Positions 1 to 9,072 are shown, numbered from the stretch's first letter. The stretch: 24,279 bases of DNA from a virus (IMGVR_UViG_3300020436_000094:1-24279); one strand, 5' to 3'. A program made the numbers and translations. Notes: generated by a model from the letters alone, not told the origin.

Positions 1-378
1 AGTTGTTGTAAATGTATCTGTTTTAGTTGTAGACAAGACTTGTAATATAGAACCAGTAGGTAGTCTATCATTAGACAATGTGCCAGATGCTACTGCTCCT
101 GCGTCTACATTAGCTGCTTGAAATGTATCAAACGCTACAACTTCTACTATATCATTTGCTGCAAGTGCACTAGCAAAAACTACACTGCTACCAGAAGTAG
201 CTGTAACATCTGTACCTACTACTTGCTTTACACCATTCAAATATACATCTGCTTGTCCTGCTGTATATGCTAATGTTCTACTATTATCATCTGCACCATT
301 TACAGTTGTAGGTGTACCACTAATTGTAAATACATATCTAATGTTTACTGAGTCTTGTAGTGTTCCTGCTATACTCAT
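1..378 (-). CDS. Tail fibre / receptor-binding protein, 3'-truncated by the window edge
   Basis: Not in the ORF track. ATG at 378 (ATGA overlap with the upstream stop), open to base 1: MSIAGTLQDSVNIRYVFTISGTPTTVNGADDNSRTLAYTAGQADVYLNGVKQVVGTDVTATSGSSVVFASALAANDIVEVVAF...LPTGSILQVLSTTKTDTFTTT. The VYLNGV repeat and GSILQV motif are typical of phage tail-fibre modules. Confidence 0.8.
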   Translation of the reverse strand, partial: MSIAGTLQDSVNIRYVFTISGTPTTVNGADDNSRTLAYTAGQADVYLNGVKQVVGTDVTATSGSSVVFASALAANDIVEVVAFDTFQAANVDAGAVASGTLSNDRLPTGSILQVLSTTKTDTFTTT

Positions 379-506
379 TTTTTCCTCGCTGTTCTTTTTG
401 CTCTAGCAAACTGTGCTGCTGTTGGTGCACCTTTTGCACCTTTCTTTCTCATTTTTTCACCACGCTTACGCTTAGCATGTATGTTTGCATATAATCCTTT
501 TCTCAT
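375..506 (-). CDS. Small highly basic protein (43 aa)
   Basis: Manual translation: MRKGLYANIHAKRKRGEKMRKKGAKGAPTAAQFARAKRTARKK. ATGA-coupled at both ends. The GLYANIHAKRKR...GAPT motif is recalled from marine podovirus small proteins. Confidence 0.85.
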   Translation of the reverse strand: MRKGLYANIHAKRKRGEKMRKKGAKGAPTAAQFARAKRTARKK

Positions 507-652
507 TTCTTTTTCTTAGGAGCATTCTTGTGTGCTTGTGTAAAACTCATACCTCGCTCCATCTGTCTCCTCATTTTTGCTAGCACTGATTTTGTGTGAT
601 GTACACTATGCTTTTTTAGTGCTGCTTCTTGTCTTTTTGTTAGTTTTGGCAA
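503..652 (-). CDS. Small basic His-rich protein (49 aa, TTG start)
   Basis: Manual translation: MPKLTKRQEAALKKHSVHHTKSVLAKMRRQMERGMSFTQAHKNAPKKKK. A GGGGGG SD-like run lies upstream of the TTG, the stop overlaps the next ATG, and the ORF fills an otherwise empty gap. Confidence 0.75.
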   Translation of the reverse strand: MPKLTKRQEAALKKHSVHHTKSVLAKMRRQMERGMSFTQAHKNAPKKKK

Positions 653-869
653 CTTTAGTTCCCCCCTTTTTACCTAACAAATCTTTGTCGGCTTTTCTTG
701 CACCACCTTTACCTGATACAAAACTTTTTACTCTACCCATAGCCCACGCATGAGCTGATACATTTCTAGAACCTGAACTGTAATAAGCTCCCATTCCACG
801 TTTGTACACTTTGTCTAATGTACTTTTGGAAAATCTACCTGCTCCAGGCACTCCTTTATAACTAGGCAC
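606..869 (-). CDS. Small basic protein, DUF5824-like
   Basis: Motif VYKRGMGAY...G.R......WAMGRVKSF resembles the recalled DUF5824 viral family. K/R/G-rich. Coupled to the upstream ORF. Confidence 0.75.
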   Translation of the reverse strand: MPSYKGVPGAGRFSKSTLDKVYKRGMGAYYSSGSRNVSAHAWAMGRVKSFVSGKGGARKADKDLLGKKGGTKVAKTNKKTRSSTKKA

Positions 870-1059
870 GTTTCTTCCTCCTGTCTTTTGCTCTTGCTTT
901 ACTTATTCTATCCATCTCAGCAACACTTAATTTTCCTGCTTTGTATTTAGCTCTTGTGTTTTTTATTTCACGTTCACGAGCTGATGGATTTTTAGTACCT
1001 GCAACATACTTCTTAGGTACTCCGCCTTTTGTCTTTGGTACTTTCTTAAACTTTCTCAT
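862..1059 (-). CDS. Small highly basic protein (65 aa)
   Basis: ORF track. Very K/R-rich; start overlaps the stop of the upstream gene. Confidence 0.8.
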   Translation of the reverse strand: MRKFKKVPKTKGGVPKKYVAGTKNPSAREREIKNTRAKYKAGKLSVAEMDRISKARAKDRRKKRA

Positions 1060-1457
1060 AATGCAAAAATTTTGTTTGAACCTGAATCAAAGACTATATC
1101 TACGTCTGCACCGTTTGATGTGAAAGGTAACCCTGTACCTGTATCGATGTATGCAATCAAATCACTTGTAGATGCTGTACCCGTGTCTTTGTAGATAACT
1201 AATGCTTCAATACTTGTGCCTGCTGTTGGTGTAGTGAATGTAGCATCTGCTGCATCAAACACACCTGATGTTACAGTTTTACTTCCTAATGCTACTGGTG
1301 TACCCAACACTCCTGATAAATCACTGTAGTGTTCATGTGATGCACTATATGTATATGTTCCTGTATCTACTAAAGCAATCTTAATTGTATCTGATGTCAT
1401 ATTGATAGCACCAGATAAAAATGCTTCTTTAGCTTTTGGATATATTGCGTTTGCCAT
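1056..1457 (-). CDS. Virion structural protein (minor tail-type, beta-rich)
   Basis: AGGAGG SD. T/G/A/D-rich with DTIKIALV, FDAAD and LIAYID motifs seen in small phage tail-associated proteins. Lies in the structural operon. Confidence 0.7.
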   Translation of the reverse strand: MANAIYPKAKEAFLSGAINMTSDTIKIALVDTGTYTYSASHEHYSDLSGVLGTPVALGSKTVTSGVFDAADATFTTPTAGTSIEALVIYKDTGTASTSDLIAYIDTGTGLPFTSNGADVDIVFDSGSNKIFAL

Positions 1458-1465
1458 GTGTCCTC

Positions 1466-2230
1466 CTAATTAGGTAACTTTAATGTTACGTTTACTAATT
1501 TATTTATTTCGTCTTGTCTTGCAAAACTTGATAATAACAACTGTGCTGTTGTTAAATATTGTTGTGCTCTTTGTGCATCATTCAAATGTAATCCCCAAAA
1601 TAATGCTGATGTATATGTTATTAATGCTTGTGGATAACTTTTTGTAATACTGTTTTTATCGCTATCCGATTGTAAATCTGCTGGGAATAATCCTAGCATG
1701 AGTCTAATTTTATTATCTTGTTCTGAGCTGCCTGGTCTTGGATATACATGTAAAGCATTATTAACTCTGTAAGCTAATTGTGGTATGCCTGTCATGTCAG
1801 CTCGTGTACTACGTGATGATTGATAGCCAGGTCCAAACTTAATTGTATCTGTTCCATAATCAAAACTAGCTCTGCCATATGTAGTTCCTAATTGTTGTGT
1901 TGATGATTCATTAAAATCAATTGGTGACCTAATATGTAATGGATAATAAACTTCTTCACTACCAGATACATCTATATAATATGCATCTAATATAACTTTA
2001 GTTCTATTTGGCAAATTGTACTCATCTGTTTTTGCAGATACTTCACTACTAGAAATTGTATGTGTATATACAAACTCATCATATACTGATTGAATAGTAT
2101 TACCAAATAGCTCTACAGCTATATTAATTAAATCATTTATAACAGTATCAATACCACTAAAATTTCTACCTATAATACTCTTTACTTTAGTTCGTATGTT
2201 ACTTCTATCGTAATTTAATTCACTACGCAT
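1466..2230 (-). CDS. Putative head-tail adaptor / tail tubular protein
   Basis: Downstream of the capsid genes. N-terminal helices (INDLINIAVE), EYNLP, 'G.P...Y......LHVYPRP' and a C-terminal helical YPQALI segment fit podovirus adaptor proteins. Confidence 0.6.
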   Translation of the reverse strand: MRSELNYDRSNIRTKVKSIIGRNFSGIDTVINDLINIAVELFGNTIQSVYDEFVYTHTISSSEVSAKTDEYNLPNRTKVILDAYYIDVSGSEEVYYPLHIRSPIDFNESSTQQLGTTYGRASFDYGTDTIKFGPGYQSSRSTRADMTGIPQLAYRVNNALHVYPRPGSSEQDNKIRLMLGLFPADLQSDSDKNSITKSYPQALITYTSALFWGLHLNDAQRAQQYLTTAQLLLSSFARQDEINKLVNVTLKLPN

Positions 2231-2706
2231 TATTTACCACCATTTGCTTCTACCCAGTCTTTCTTAACTTTTTCTCCACCAGGTATTTTATAGTTATTTG
2301 TATTTCTAACTTCTTCTCTTACGTCTCTTTGTGCTCCTAAATTATAAGAACTAAGAGTACCTATGTTCATATATTTAGTTTCAAATATAATATGGTCTTT
2401 TATTCTTTGACATAATGTATAGCCCATATAACTAAACACTTTTTTGTTTCCTGTAAATCCTGCACGACTGGCATTAGATAACTTTGTAAAAACTAATTGA
2501 TACCATGCATTATCTTGTTCAGTCCATGATTTAACAAATTGCATAAGTTCAGAATTAGGTTCAGCTAATAAATATAATAATTCTAATTCTAAATCTGATT
2601 CTGTCATACAATTAAATGTAGGACCAGAGGACAAGGTTCTACAAATCTTGCCCTCTTTGTCCAATGGATTAAAGTGCACTCTGTTTAAGTGTACTCTGTA
2701 CCACAT
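2230..2706 (-). CDS. Hypothetical protein (structural operon)
   Basis: 158-aa ORF abutting both neighbours; no recognised motif. Confidence 0.7.
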   Translation of the reverse strand: MWYRVHLNRVHFNPLDKEGKICRTLSSGPTFNCMTESDLELELLYLLAEPNSELMQFVKSWTEQDNAWYQLVFTKLSNASRAGFTGNKKVFSYMGYTLCQRIKDHIIFETKYMNIGTLSSYNLGAQRDVREEVRNTNNYKIPGGEKVKKDWVEANGGK

Positions 2707-3114
2707 TTAGGCAACTCCGTTACCGTCAGGAATTAACTCATAATATAAAAGATAAAACCCGTCGCCAGCTGTTGAGCCACCAGCACCTTGTACTTTTCTT
2801 TCAAAATGTAAGATGTCAGTGTCTTGTACAAAGAACGGAGTTAAATCCGCTTCTATTGTTACACCAGCTGCTGTAGTGTTTGGAATTGTCAGTGTTACTT
2901 TCTCAGCTCTAGATACACTGCCTACTGTGTCAGTAAAATCTAATGATACTACTGGGTCAGTAGATGTAGCTACAACTGCAGTTTGTACTATAAATTCAAA
3001 TCTATGGATAACCATAGGATGATTCACCTTGAAGGTAAAGTCATCACCAGCTGTTCCATCAAGGTCAGCTGATACCGGAATCATAGCAAATTGTACTTTA
3101 CTATTAAAAGCCAT
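2707..3114 (-). CDS. Putative capsid decoration / minor capsid protein
   Basis: Directly after the MCP with an AGGAGG SD. 135 aa, beta-strand-like T/V/A-rich composition. Function inferred from position. Confidence 0.55.
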   Translation of the reverse strand: MAFNSKVQFAMIPVSADLDGTAGDDFTFKVNHPMVIHRFEFIVQTAVVATSTDPVVSLDFTDTVGSVSRAEKVTLTIPNTTAAGVTIEADLTPFFVQDTDILHFERKVQGAGGSTAGDGFYLLYYELIPDGNGVA

Positions 3115-3127
3115 GTTATTTTACCTC

Positions 3128-4072
3128 CTAGTCGTTAGAATGAATCCTAACTAAATGATACTCACCGTCAGTTGAATTAGTCCAAACTTTTTTGAACCCT
3201 GTCAGTGCGTTCCAGGCAACACCTGTGAATCTACCAAAGTCCCAAGATTCAATCATTGTAGATTCTGCTTGTGCAAGCACCTCTACTACTGGCTCGAATC
3301 CTAAGATAATTGCTTCACCATTGTGTGATGACCCACCGATTGTGTTAGAAAGAACATTGTTTTCTTCTACCATTCTCATTCCAAAGTATTGACCAATTTC
3401 ACCGTTAATTAACGATTCTGGTTGGTCATATTTGTGTAAGTCTACAATGCTTCCGCTTGCAGTATCTTCAAATAGTTTTGCCATTGCAAATGGTGAGAAC
3501 ACACCTAAGTAGTTGTTCCCATCATATTTTGGTACATTATCAGTTTTAAGATTTCTGATAAGGTCTCTTATGTGTGCAGATGTAATACTTGCGCCTGCAC
3601 CTGTACTTACAGTTCCATCTTTATCTAATGTTCCTGCACTTGATGATGTTGGTGTGTAGAATACGTCAGCGTTCTGAAATTCAGTACCAGCAATCTTATC
3701 CATAGATTCAGCAACGTTCATACTTAATATTTTCTTGAGTGTTTCATCAACAGAGTATTCCGCAAGTGTTTGTGCTTTTCTAGTGTAAGATACACCGTTA
3801 CCATATTCATTGACTGTAGCAACCACAAAACCAACATTTGGTTTTTGCATAGGTAATGACTGTAGTTCAGAAATTGTACCAGTTGCAGTACCCAGTTTTT
3901 GATACTTTTCGATTTCAACTTGTGAACCTTTGTTTTTACCATACGATTGAATCGGCTTAGACAGCGTTCTAAACTGCATCATGTTACCAGCTTGAAATCT
4001 GATATCTGAATCAATTTTGATTTTAGCAAGTCTAGCCTCTTCGTTTAAGTAGCTTATAGCTCCTTGTGGCAT
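3128..4072 (-). CDS. Major capsid protein (HK97 fold, N4-gp56-like)
   Basis: Follows portal and scaffold. Motifs EYGNGVSYT, Y.GVFSP and LINGEIGQYFGMRMVE. Start moved to ATG 4072, 8 nt after AAGGAGGT. Confidence 0.88.
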   Translation of the reverse strand: MPQGAISYLNEEARLAKIKIDSDIRFQAGNMMQFRTLSKPIQSYGKNKGSQVEIEKYQKLGTATGTISELQSLPMQKPNVGFVVATVNEYGNGVSYTRKAQTLAEYSVDETLKKILSMNVAESMDKIAGTEFQNADVFYTPTSSSAGTLDKDGTVSTGAGASITSAHIRDLIRNLKTDNVPKYDGNNYLGVFSPFAMAKLFEDTASGSIVDLHKYDQPESLINGEIGQYFGMRMVEENNVLSNTIGGSSHNGEAIILGFEPVVEVLAQAESTMIESWDFGRFTGVAWNALTGFKKVWTNSTDGEYHLVRIHSND

Positions 4073-4094
4073 AATCAATAACCTCCTTTATTAA

Positions 4095-4622
4095 TTATTG
4101 TTGTTTTCTTCTGATAGTTGTCTGCTGTCTATAACGCTTTTCTAGAAACTTAAAATAATCGTTGTCGTCTCCTAGAGGAGCGTCGTTTTCAGGTGACAAT
4201 AAATTTCCATCAGGTGTAGGAGAAGGACTACCAGCTACATCCATCTCACCTTTCGGTGCAACTTTAGTAGCTTCTGTCTTTGCTCCTTCTTCTTTTACTT
4301 CTTCTTCTTGTTTTTCTTCTGGTTTATTTCGTACCTTGTTAAACTTGTCTAATGCGTTAGAAAATCTTTCTTTTACCGGTGCATCTTGCGGTGTTGCAAG
4401 TAATAATGCATCAAATACTTCTATCTCTTCTGGTGTCATAGTTGATACATATTTTTCATGCAATGTAGATGCTTGTACCATATTAGATGTTAGTTGCATC
4501 TGTTCTTCCGGTGACATCTTAGACATGTCAACACCCGGTGGAGTTAATCTCGCTGCTGCGTCTTTAGCAGAAATATTTACTCTTACATCATCACTGTTGT
4601 TCTGTGGTGTTTCTTCTGACAT
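4095..4622 (-). CDS. Putative capsid scaffolding protein
   Basis: Between portal and MCP. Acidic, helical/disordered, with a basic C-terminal tip (YFKFLEKRYRQQTTIRRKQQ). Confidence 0.7.
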   Translation of the reverse strand: MSEETPQNNSDDVRVNISAKDAAARLTPPGVDMSKMSPEEQMQLTSNMVQASTLHEKYVSTMTPEEIEVFDALLLATPQDAPVKERFSNALDKFNKVRNKPEEKQEEEVKEEGAKTEATKVAPKGEMDVAGSPSPTPDGNLLSPENDAPLGDDNDYFKFLEKRYRQQTTIRRKQQ

Positions 4623-6336
4623 TGTTTAATACCTCCATCATTTCTTCGGGTGACATTTCTGGTTGACCATTGGCTTGTGTTGGATTTGCCATTGGGTTTT
4701 GTTGTTGTTGCATTGGGTTAGTTGTTTGTTCTTGTTGTTGTCTCAACATATCCATGTTTAGGATATCTTCAGGTAATTCATCGAATGACTCAAAGATTCT
4801 TTCTACAAATTTAATTGGGTCAATAGCTGCTGCAACTTGCGGCATATTACCAATTACATTTACAATTTGCATAAGTTTGTTAAAGTTTGTCATTTTAAGA
4901 ACTTTGCCAGATATACCTCTGACTGTAATTCTAGCTTCTCTAATAATATCCATGCGTTCATTGAAAGATAACCCAAGCAATTGCTTTATTGGATTGTCTT
5001 CATCTTGTGTGTACATAGGCTCATGTGATATATCATCTATGTAAATTAGCTCCGTATGCAATATCATTTCCAAGGAGGGTTCGATAATACTACGTTCTAT
5101 TTCACTAGCAATATCAGTAAAGAAGCTAGCAGTTTCTTGTGACTTCTGACTTATTTCTTGTGCTGTAGGTCTTCCTTTACTTGTTGGTTGTCCTTGAAAA
5201 AACTCGTTTTGAAATGACCTATTTTGTATTAATCTATCTATAACAAATAATAAATTTGTTGCATTAGGATTTAAGTTTTGATTGTACACTTGGTTTATTG
5301 TATTAGGTGCAGTTACTGGATACAAACGTCCTGGAGTAATAGAGCCAAACAAATGAGCTTTACCACTCTCTACATTTGTAGAAACTAATTCGTATACTCC
5401 TAATGTAGACATACGAAATGCATCTAATAATAAATTCATACTTTCTACGTAAGACGATAGTAGACTTCTTAATTTTGATATATAACCTCTACCATAACGT
5501 CCTTGTAAAACTTTCATTGGGAATCCACATATATATGGGAATCTACCATTTGGTAAATTATTTTTACCATAATAAACAACTGTGTCACTACCTGCTATAA
5601 TAAAATGTACGTTACGGTCTAACACAGCTCCACGTTTGTCTGAAATATATTTTGCATATACATAACATAATTTAACTTGTGATAAATGATTTTCTTCTTG
5701 GTCTCCATTATACATCATGCTTCGCATTACTTTGTTTGTATTGGTCCAACCATTAACTCTAGCTAATCTTTCATAGTCAGCTAAACTAACGGTCTTCATC
5801 TCTATAATATAATTATCACCATTAGGGTCTAGCATAATGTTAAATGGATTAATAGCATTTACAGAAGTTCTACCCATAATCTCGGTTTGTTCTTCTATTT
5901 CTCCGCTTTCTTCATTTACTCTTGGAAAAGTTTGTTCGTCATATGTATATCTAATTTTTGTATAATATGGACTTGTTAACAAAGAAAATTTTAGTGCATC
6001 TCCAAATATTAATGGGAACTTATTGTTTGATAAAACTTGTTGTAGTAATTTATTTAATGCACCTTGGTATCCTTTGTTAGGATGTTCTATTGTAAAATAT
6101 TTATTATCAGTTGACATTAAGATACGTACAAAGAAGTTAGATAATCTAACAACTAAGTTATCAACTACTGGGTCTTTAATCTTTGTTTGCCAATCTAGTT
6201 TATTGTCAAAGTTATATTCATCCATATAAAAACGCATGTTCTCACGCCACTCTTGTGAGTTTTGTGTAAACACTGGTTCTGCTTGATTTTTTATGTAGTT
6301 GAAAAAACTTAATATTATTTCTGGTTTTACACTCAA
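4591..6336 (-). CDS. Portal protein
   Basis: 581 aa directly after TerL. INPFNIMLDP, YGRGYI and RPTAQEI motifs and a Q/P/M-rich C-terminal tail fit P22/N4-like portals. Confidence 0.88.
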   Translation of the reverse strand: MSVKPEIILSFFNYIKNQAEPVFTQNSQEWRENMRFYMDEYNFDNKLDWQTKIKDPVVDNLVVRLSNFFVRILMSTDNKYFTIEHPNKGYQGALNKLLQQVLSNNKFPLIFGDALKFSLLTSPYYTKIRYTYDEQTFPRVNEESGEIEEQTEIMGRTSVNAINPFNIMLDPNGDNYIIEMKTVSLADYERLARVNGWTNTNKVMRSMMYNGDQEENHLSQVKLCYVYAKYISDKRGAVLDRNVHFIIAGSDTVVYYGKNNLPNGRFPYICGFPMKVLQGRYGRGYISKLRSLLSSYVESMNLLLDAFRMSTLGVYELVSTNVESGKAHLFGSITPGRLYPVTAPNTINQVYNQNLNPNATNLLFVIDRLIQNRSFQNEFFQGQPTSKGRPTAQEISQKSQETASFFTDIASEIERSIIEPSLEMILHTELIYIDDISHEPMYTQDEDNPIKQLLGLSFNERMDIIREARITVRGISGKVLKMTNFNKLMQIVNVIGNMPQVAAAIDPIKFVERIFESFDELPEDILNMDMLRQQQEQTTNPMQQQQNPMANPTQANGQPEMSPEEMMEVLNNVRRNTTEQQ

Positions 6337-7847
6337 TTTAATGTCCTGCCTCTTTCTCCAAACTTCATATCAAAATATTCGGGCTCATTCATTGGAATAT
6401 CATCTGTATCAACTAATCGTTTAGATATGTAATACAAACCCAACTTAAATGCATCAGATATGTGTTCGTAGTATTTATCTCGTTTCGGTATACCATTGTC
6501 GTCTCTTGTATAATTTGATAATGTTTCACAAAGAAGTTGTGCGTGTTTAGAATCTATTTGTATTCTAGGTACACCTTCTGCTAATATTTTTAATTCTTCA
6601 TTAGCTAACACTACACTAGTATCCCTCTTTACATACACTACATCTGTTTGCAATCCTTTGTTTTCAAATATCATTGCACTCGTGTTAGGAGATACGTCAT
6701 ACTTTCTATTTGCGTCGTGTGGTAACAAATCCATTGTATTTAATAACTTTGGAAATGTTTCTGTTTGTTGTACAGTTACTTGGTCTATAAAATCTGTTAA
6801 CTGTATATTTTTACCTAATACTGCCATCAGTATATTCTTACGCCCTACTTTGTCTACTTGAAAAATTACACAAGCAGGTCTTGAATATCCTAAGTCCCAG
6901 GCTCTCCATGCTGTACGTAGTGGGTCATATTGTTCTGTAAGATTATCTACTACGTGCATTTCGTTAAAGTCTGGATACACTATTGGACCTTTAGGTTGCA
7001 GTTGAAACTTACCGCCTTCACTAAATCTCCAATGCATTGCAGTTTCTGTAAATCTTTTTTTGTATCTTTCTATCTCTTCTTTTTCTAGAGATAAATTATC
7101 GTATACATCTATAAAATGAAAACTTGTATCTTTGTCGTCTTCTTGTCGTTTGTATATGTCTTGTGGTATATAATTGCTTGTTGCGTCTTCTACAATAAAA
7201 CTCATAATCATTTTGCCAGACTTTCTTAATAGTCTAGCTAATATTTCATCATGCATGTTTTGTGGTGGACATTCGTCAAACCAGCAGAAATCAATACCAG
7301 ATGCTTGTAGGTTTTGCGTTTTCATTTCAGCTGACTTAAATTCTAAGATTGTACCATCCCAAAATTTTACGAAGTCTAAACATCTGTTTTTACCCCAAGC
7401 TACTTTGCCACCACGTTTCTCTATACTTTCAATTGACGGTAGTAATCCTATATCATTAGGCGTATCAGTAGAAAAAAGGTGAACCTGACTAGACGTCCTT
7501 TGAATATCAAAAGAGGGACTAAATGCCCATATAATCCTATTGCCATATTTTGGCTTGTGTATTTCATACTGTGGATGCCATCCTATTACATTGTAAGCTG
7601 TAACAGCAGCACTACAATATGACTTACCGCTAGAATTATTACCGTGTACGTACACACTAAAGTTATTATCGTCAAGTATGGGTTTTTGTGCAGGGTATGG
7701 ACGAAAGAAGAAAAGGTTGCCATACCAGTATAACAACTCTGCTTTAATATTTTTATCAAATTTTGCAAACTCTTCCTCTGTCATGTTATGTACTTTGTGC
7801 CACAAAGCTAACATTTTTTTGTCCTTATACCACCAGTCTCTTATCAT
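6333..7847 (-). CDS. terL: Terminase large subunit
   Basis: Walker A GNNSSGKS, Walker B FCWFDEC, RNase H-like nuclease motifs AWDLG and HISDA. Confidence 0.93.
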   Translation of the reverse strand: MIRDWWYKDKKMLALWHKVHNMTEEEFAKFDKNIKAELLYWYGNLFFFRPYPAQKPILDDNNFSVYVHGNNSSGKSYCSAAVTAYNVIGWHPQYEIHKPKYGNRIIWAFSPSFDIQRTSSQVHLFSTDTPNDIGLLPSIESIEKRGGKVAWGKNRCLDFVKFWDGTILEFKSAEMKTQNLQASGIDFCWFDECPPQNMHDEILARLLRKSGKMIMSFIVEDATSNYIPQDIYKRQEDDKDTSFHFIDVYDNLSLEKEEIERYKKRFTETAMHWRFSEGGKFQLQPKGPIVYPDFNEMHVVDNLTEQYDPLRTAWRAWDLGYSRPACVIFQVDKVGRKNILMAVLGKNIQLTDFIDQVTVQQTETFPKLLNTMDLLPHDANRKYDVSPNTSAMIFENKGLQTDVVYVKRDTSVVLANEELKILAEGVPRIQIDSKHAQLLCETLSNYTRDDNGIPKRDKYYEHISDAFKLGLYYISKRLVDTDDIPMNEPEYFDMKFGERGRTLN

Positions 7848-8104
7848 ATAATTGTTATAACTCCAAACAATAACGTTTGTATTATTATGTGTAATATGTT
7901 AATTCTACTAAACAGGTTGTTTGGCTGCAAGTCTCCTTGCCTTCGCCACAACCTATCTAGCAATAACTTAATTTGATGAATGTACATAAATTTCGTTTTT
8001 TCCTTTGTGCCCTTTGATATACTCTCAATTGGGCAGCTCTGATATTTTTCATACCTACCTCCCTGTTCTTGTAACTCATGAACTATGAGAGGCTTTTTAT
8101 CCAT
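7844..8104 (-). CDS. Hypothetical protein with C-terminal hydrophobic helix
   Basis: 86-aa ORF with ATGA coupling to terL; C-terminal ILHIIIQTLLFGVITII. Confidence 0.6.
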   Translation of the reverse strand: MDKKPLIVHELQEQGGRYEKYQSCPIESISKGTKEKTKFMYIHQIKLLLDRLWRRQGDLQPNNLFSRINILHIIIQTLLFGVITII

Positions 8105-8117
8105 GCCTTATGGAATG

Positions 8118-8339
8118 TTAATAACTATTTAACTTATCCCATGCTTTATCATGCATATTAATACATGCTTTATAACTTTGTTTCTGATATGCCCAGCACT
8201 CTACTTTATTTTCTGCATTACTACAGTCGGGTGCTTGTGGACACTCAGGCTTTACAAATTTTACTTTGCTACTCAATATCGAACAGCCACTAAGGCTTAT
8301 CGAGATAATCGTTAGCATTATCAATTTTTTTAACTGCAT
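8118..8339 (-). CDS. Lipoprotein, putative outer-membrane spanin (Rz1-like)
   Basis: Signal peptide with lipobox LSG|C. Pro/Cys-rich mature part (KPECPQAPDC). Overlaps the 3' end of the upstream gene. Confidence 0.65.
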   Translation of the reverse strand: MQLKKLIMLTIISISLSGCSILSSKVKFVKPECPQAPDCSNAENKVECWAYQKQSYKACINMHDKAWDKLNSY

Positions 8340-8490
8340 CTTTTTTTGCTTGTAACTCCATTGTCTTTACCCAAACTTCATGTTTGGCAGACTTTAATTC
8401 TATATCTTTTTTATCCTGACCACGTTTACTCCACCAGCCAAATAAAAATTTAGATATAGATGGAACTATTTTTAGCAACCACCAAGGCAT
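8290..8490 (-). CDS. Small membrane-associated coiled-coil protein, putative inner-membrane spanin
   Basis: N-terminal hydrophobic/amphipathic segment followed by a charged helix. Its 3' 50 nt overlap the lipoprotein gene, as in overlapped spanin pairs. Confidence 0.5.
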   Translation of the reverse strand: MPWWLLKIVPSISKFLFGWWSKRGQDKKDIELKSAKHEVWVKTMELQAKKDAVKKIDNANDYLDKP

Positions 8491-8628
8491 CTATCCCATC
8501 CTCTTCTTTGATTTTTTAATTTTATTTTTTAATGCTGGTGGCAATGTTTTTTGTTTTGCTGTTAGCATACCATTCTTCTTCTTTGGTCTCCCTTTTTTAC
8601 TTCCGTATGTTCCTTTACCCATTGGCAT
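8491..8628 (-). CDS. Small highly basic protein (45 aa)
   Basis: Manual translation: MPMGKGTYGSKKGRPKKKNGMLTAKQKTLPPALKNKIKKSKKRMG. GGAGG SD; the stop abuts the next ATG. No acidic residues. Confidence 0.85.
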   Translation of the reverse strand: MPMGKGTYGSKKGRPKKKNGMLTAKQKTLPPALKNKIKKSKKRMG

Positions 8629-8642
8629 AATTATATCCTCCG

Positions 8643-8945
8643 TTATGCTTTATTAGATTTTTTCTTTTTATGTCTTGCTGCAAAAGCTCTAGCTGCTTCT
8701 TTACTTCCAAATCCCCATGCTTTCAAAGCAAGTTTTAATCTCGTTGGTCTACCCTTAGAATCTTTGAGTGCACCTGCCATACCACCAAATCTAGCAGCAA
8801 AGCTAACACGTCTAGGGTTTGTACCAGATTTTACTGGTGCTTTTAGGTTAGAACCTTCTGCTCTAGCACTAGCTCTACCCTTAGCATTTAATCCACCTTT
8901 AGGATTTTTTCCCTCTTTTCTTTGCCACGCTGGTGTTTTTGCCAT
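8643..8945 (-). CDS. Basic protein, DUF6321-like
   Basis: AWQRKEGKNPKGGLNAKGRAS...RRVSFAARFGGM...LKAWG matches the recalled DUF6321 phage family. AAGGAG SD. Confidence 0.85.
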   Translation of the reverse strand: MAKTPAWQRKEGKNPKGGLNAKGRASARAEGSNLKAPVKSGTNPRRVSFAARFGGMAGALKDSKGRPTRLKLALKAWGFGSKEAARAFAARHKKKKSNKA

Positions 8946-9072
8946 GCAATGTCTCCTTTTTCTTTACTACCTTGTTACTTTCTACCCATGCTGGTAAATA
9001 TCTACCTTCTCGCATAAGATGTTTTGATTCTGCGTCCTTATGTACGTTTAATTTATTGGATTTTTTCTCCAT
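8899..9072 (-). CDS. Small basic hypothetical protein (57 aa)
   Basis: Manual translation: MEKKSNKLNVHKDAESKHLMREGRYLPAWVESNKVVKKKETLHGKNTSVAKKRGKKS. Fills the 107-nt gap between track ORFs and overlaps both. Confidence 0.5.
   Translation of the reverse strand: MEKKSNKLNVHKDAESKHLMREGRYLPAWVESNKVVKKKETLHGKNTSVAKKRGKKS

Noticed and set aside
1629-1637. Perfect DnaA box (TGTGGATAA) in the adaptor gene
   Set aside because: A single copy within coding sequence (SYPQ codons), compatible with chance.
3114-3130. Read-through fusion of the MCP to the downstream protein
   Set aside because: The downstream gene is out of frame, has its own AGGAGG SD, and no slippery site was seen.
941-8997. Plus-strand track ORFs opposite the structural genes (e.g. 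4162-4629, 4670-5044, 7174-7482) and nested 3724-3942, 7586-7768
   Set aside because: Shadow frames of well-supported genes, with no protein-like motifs.
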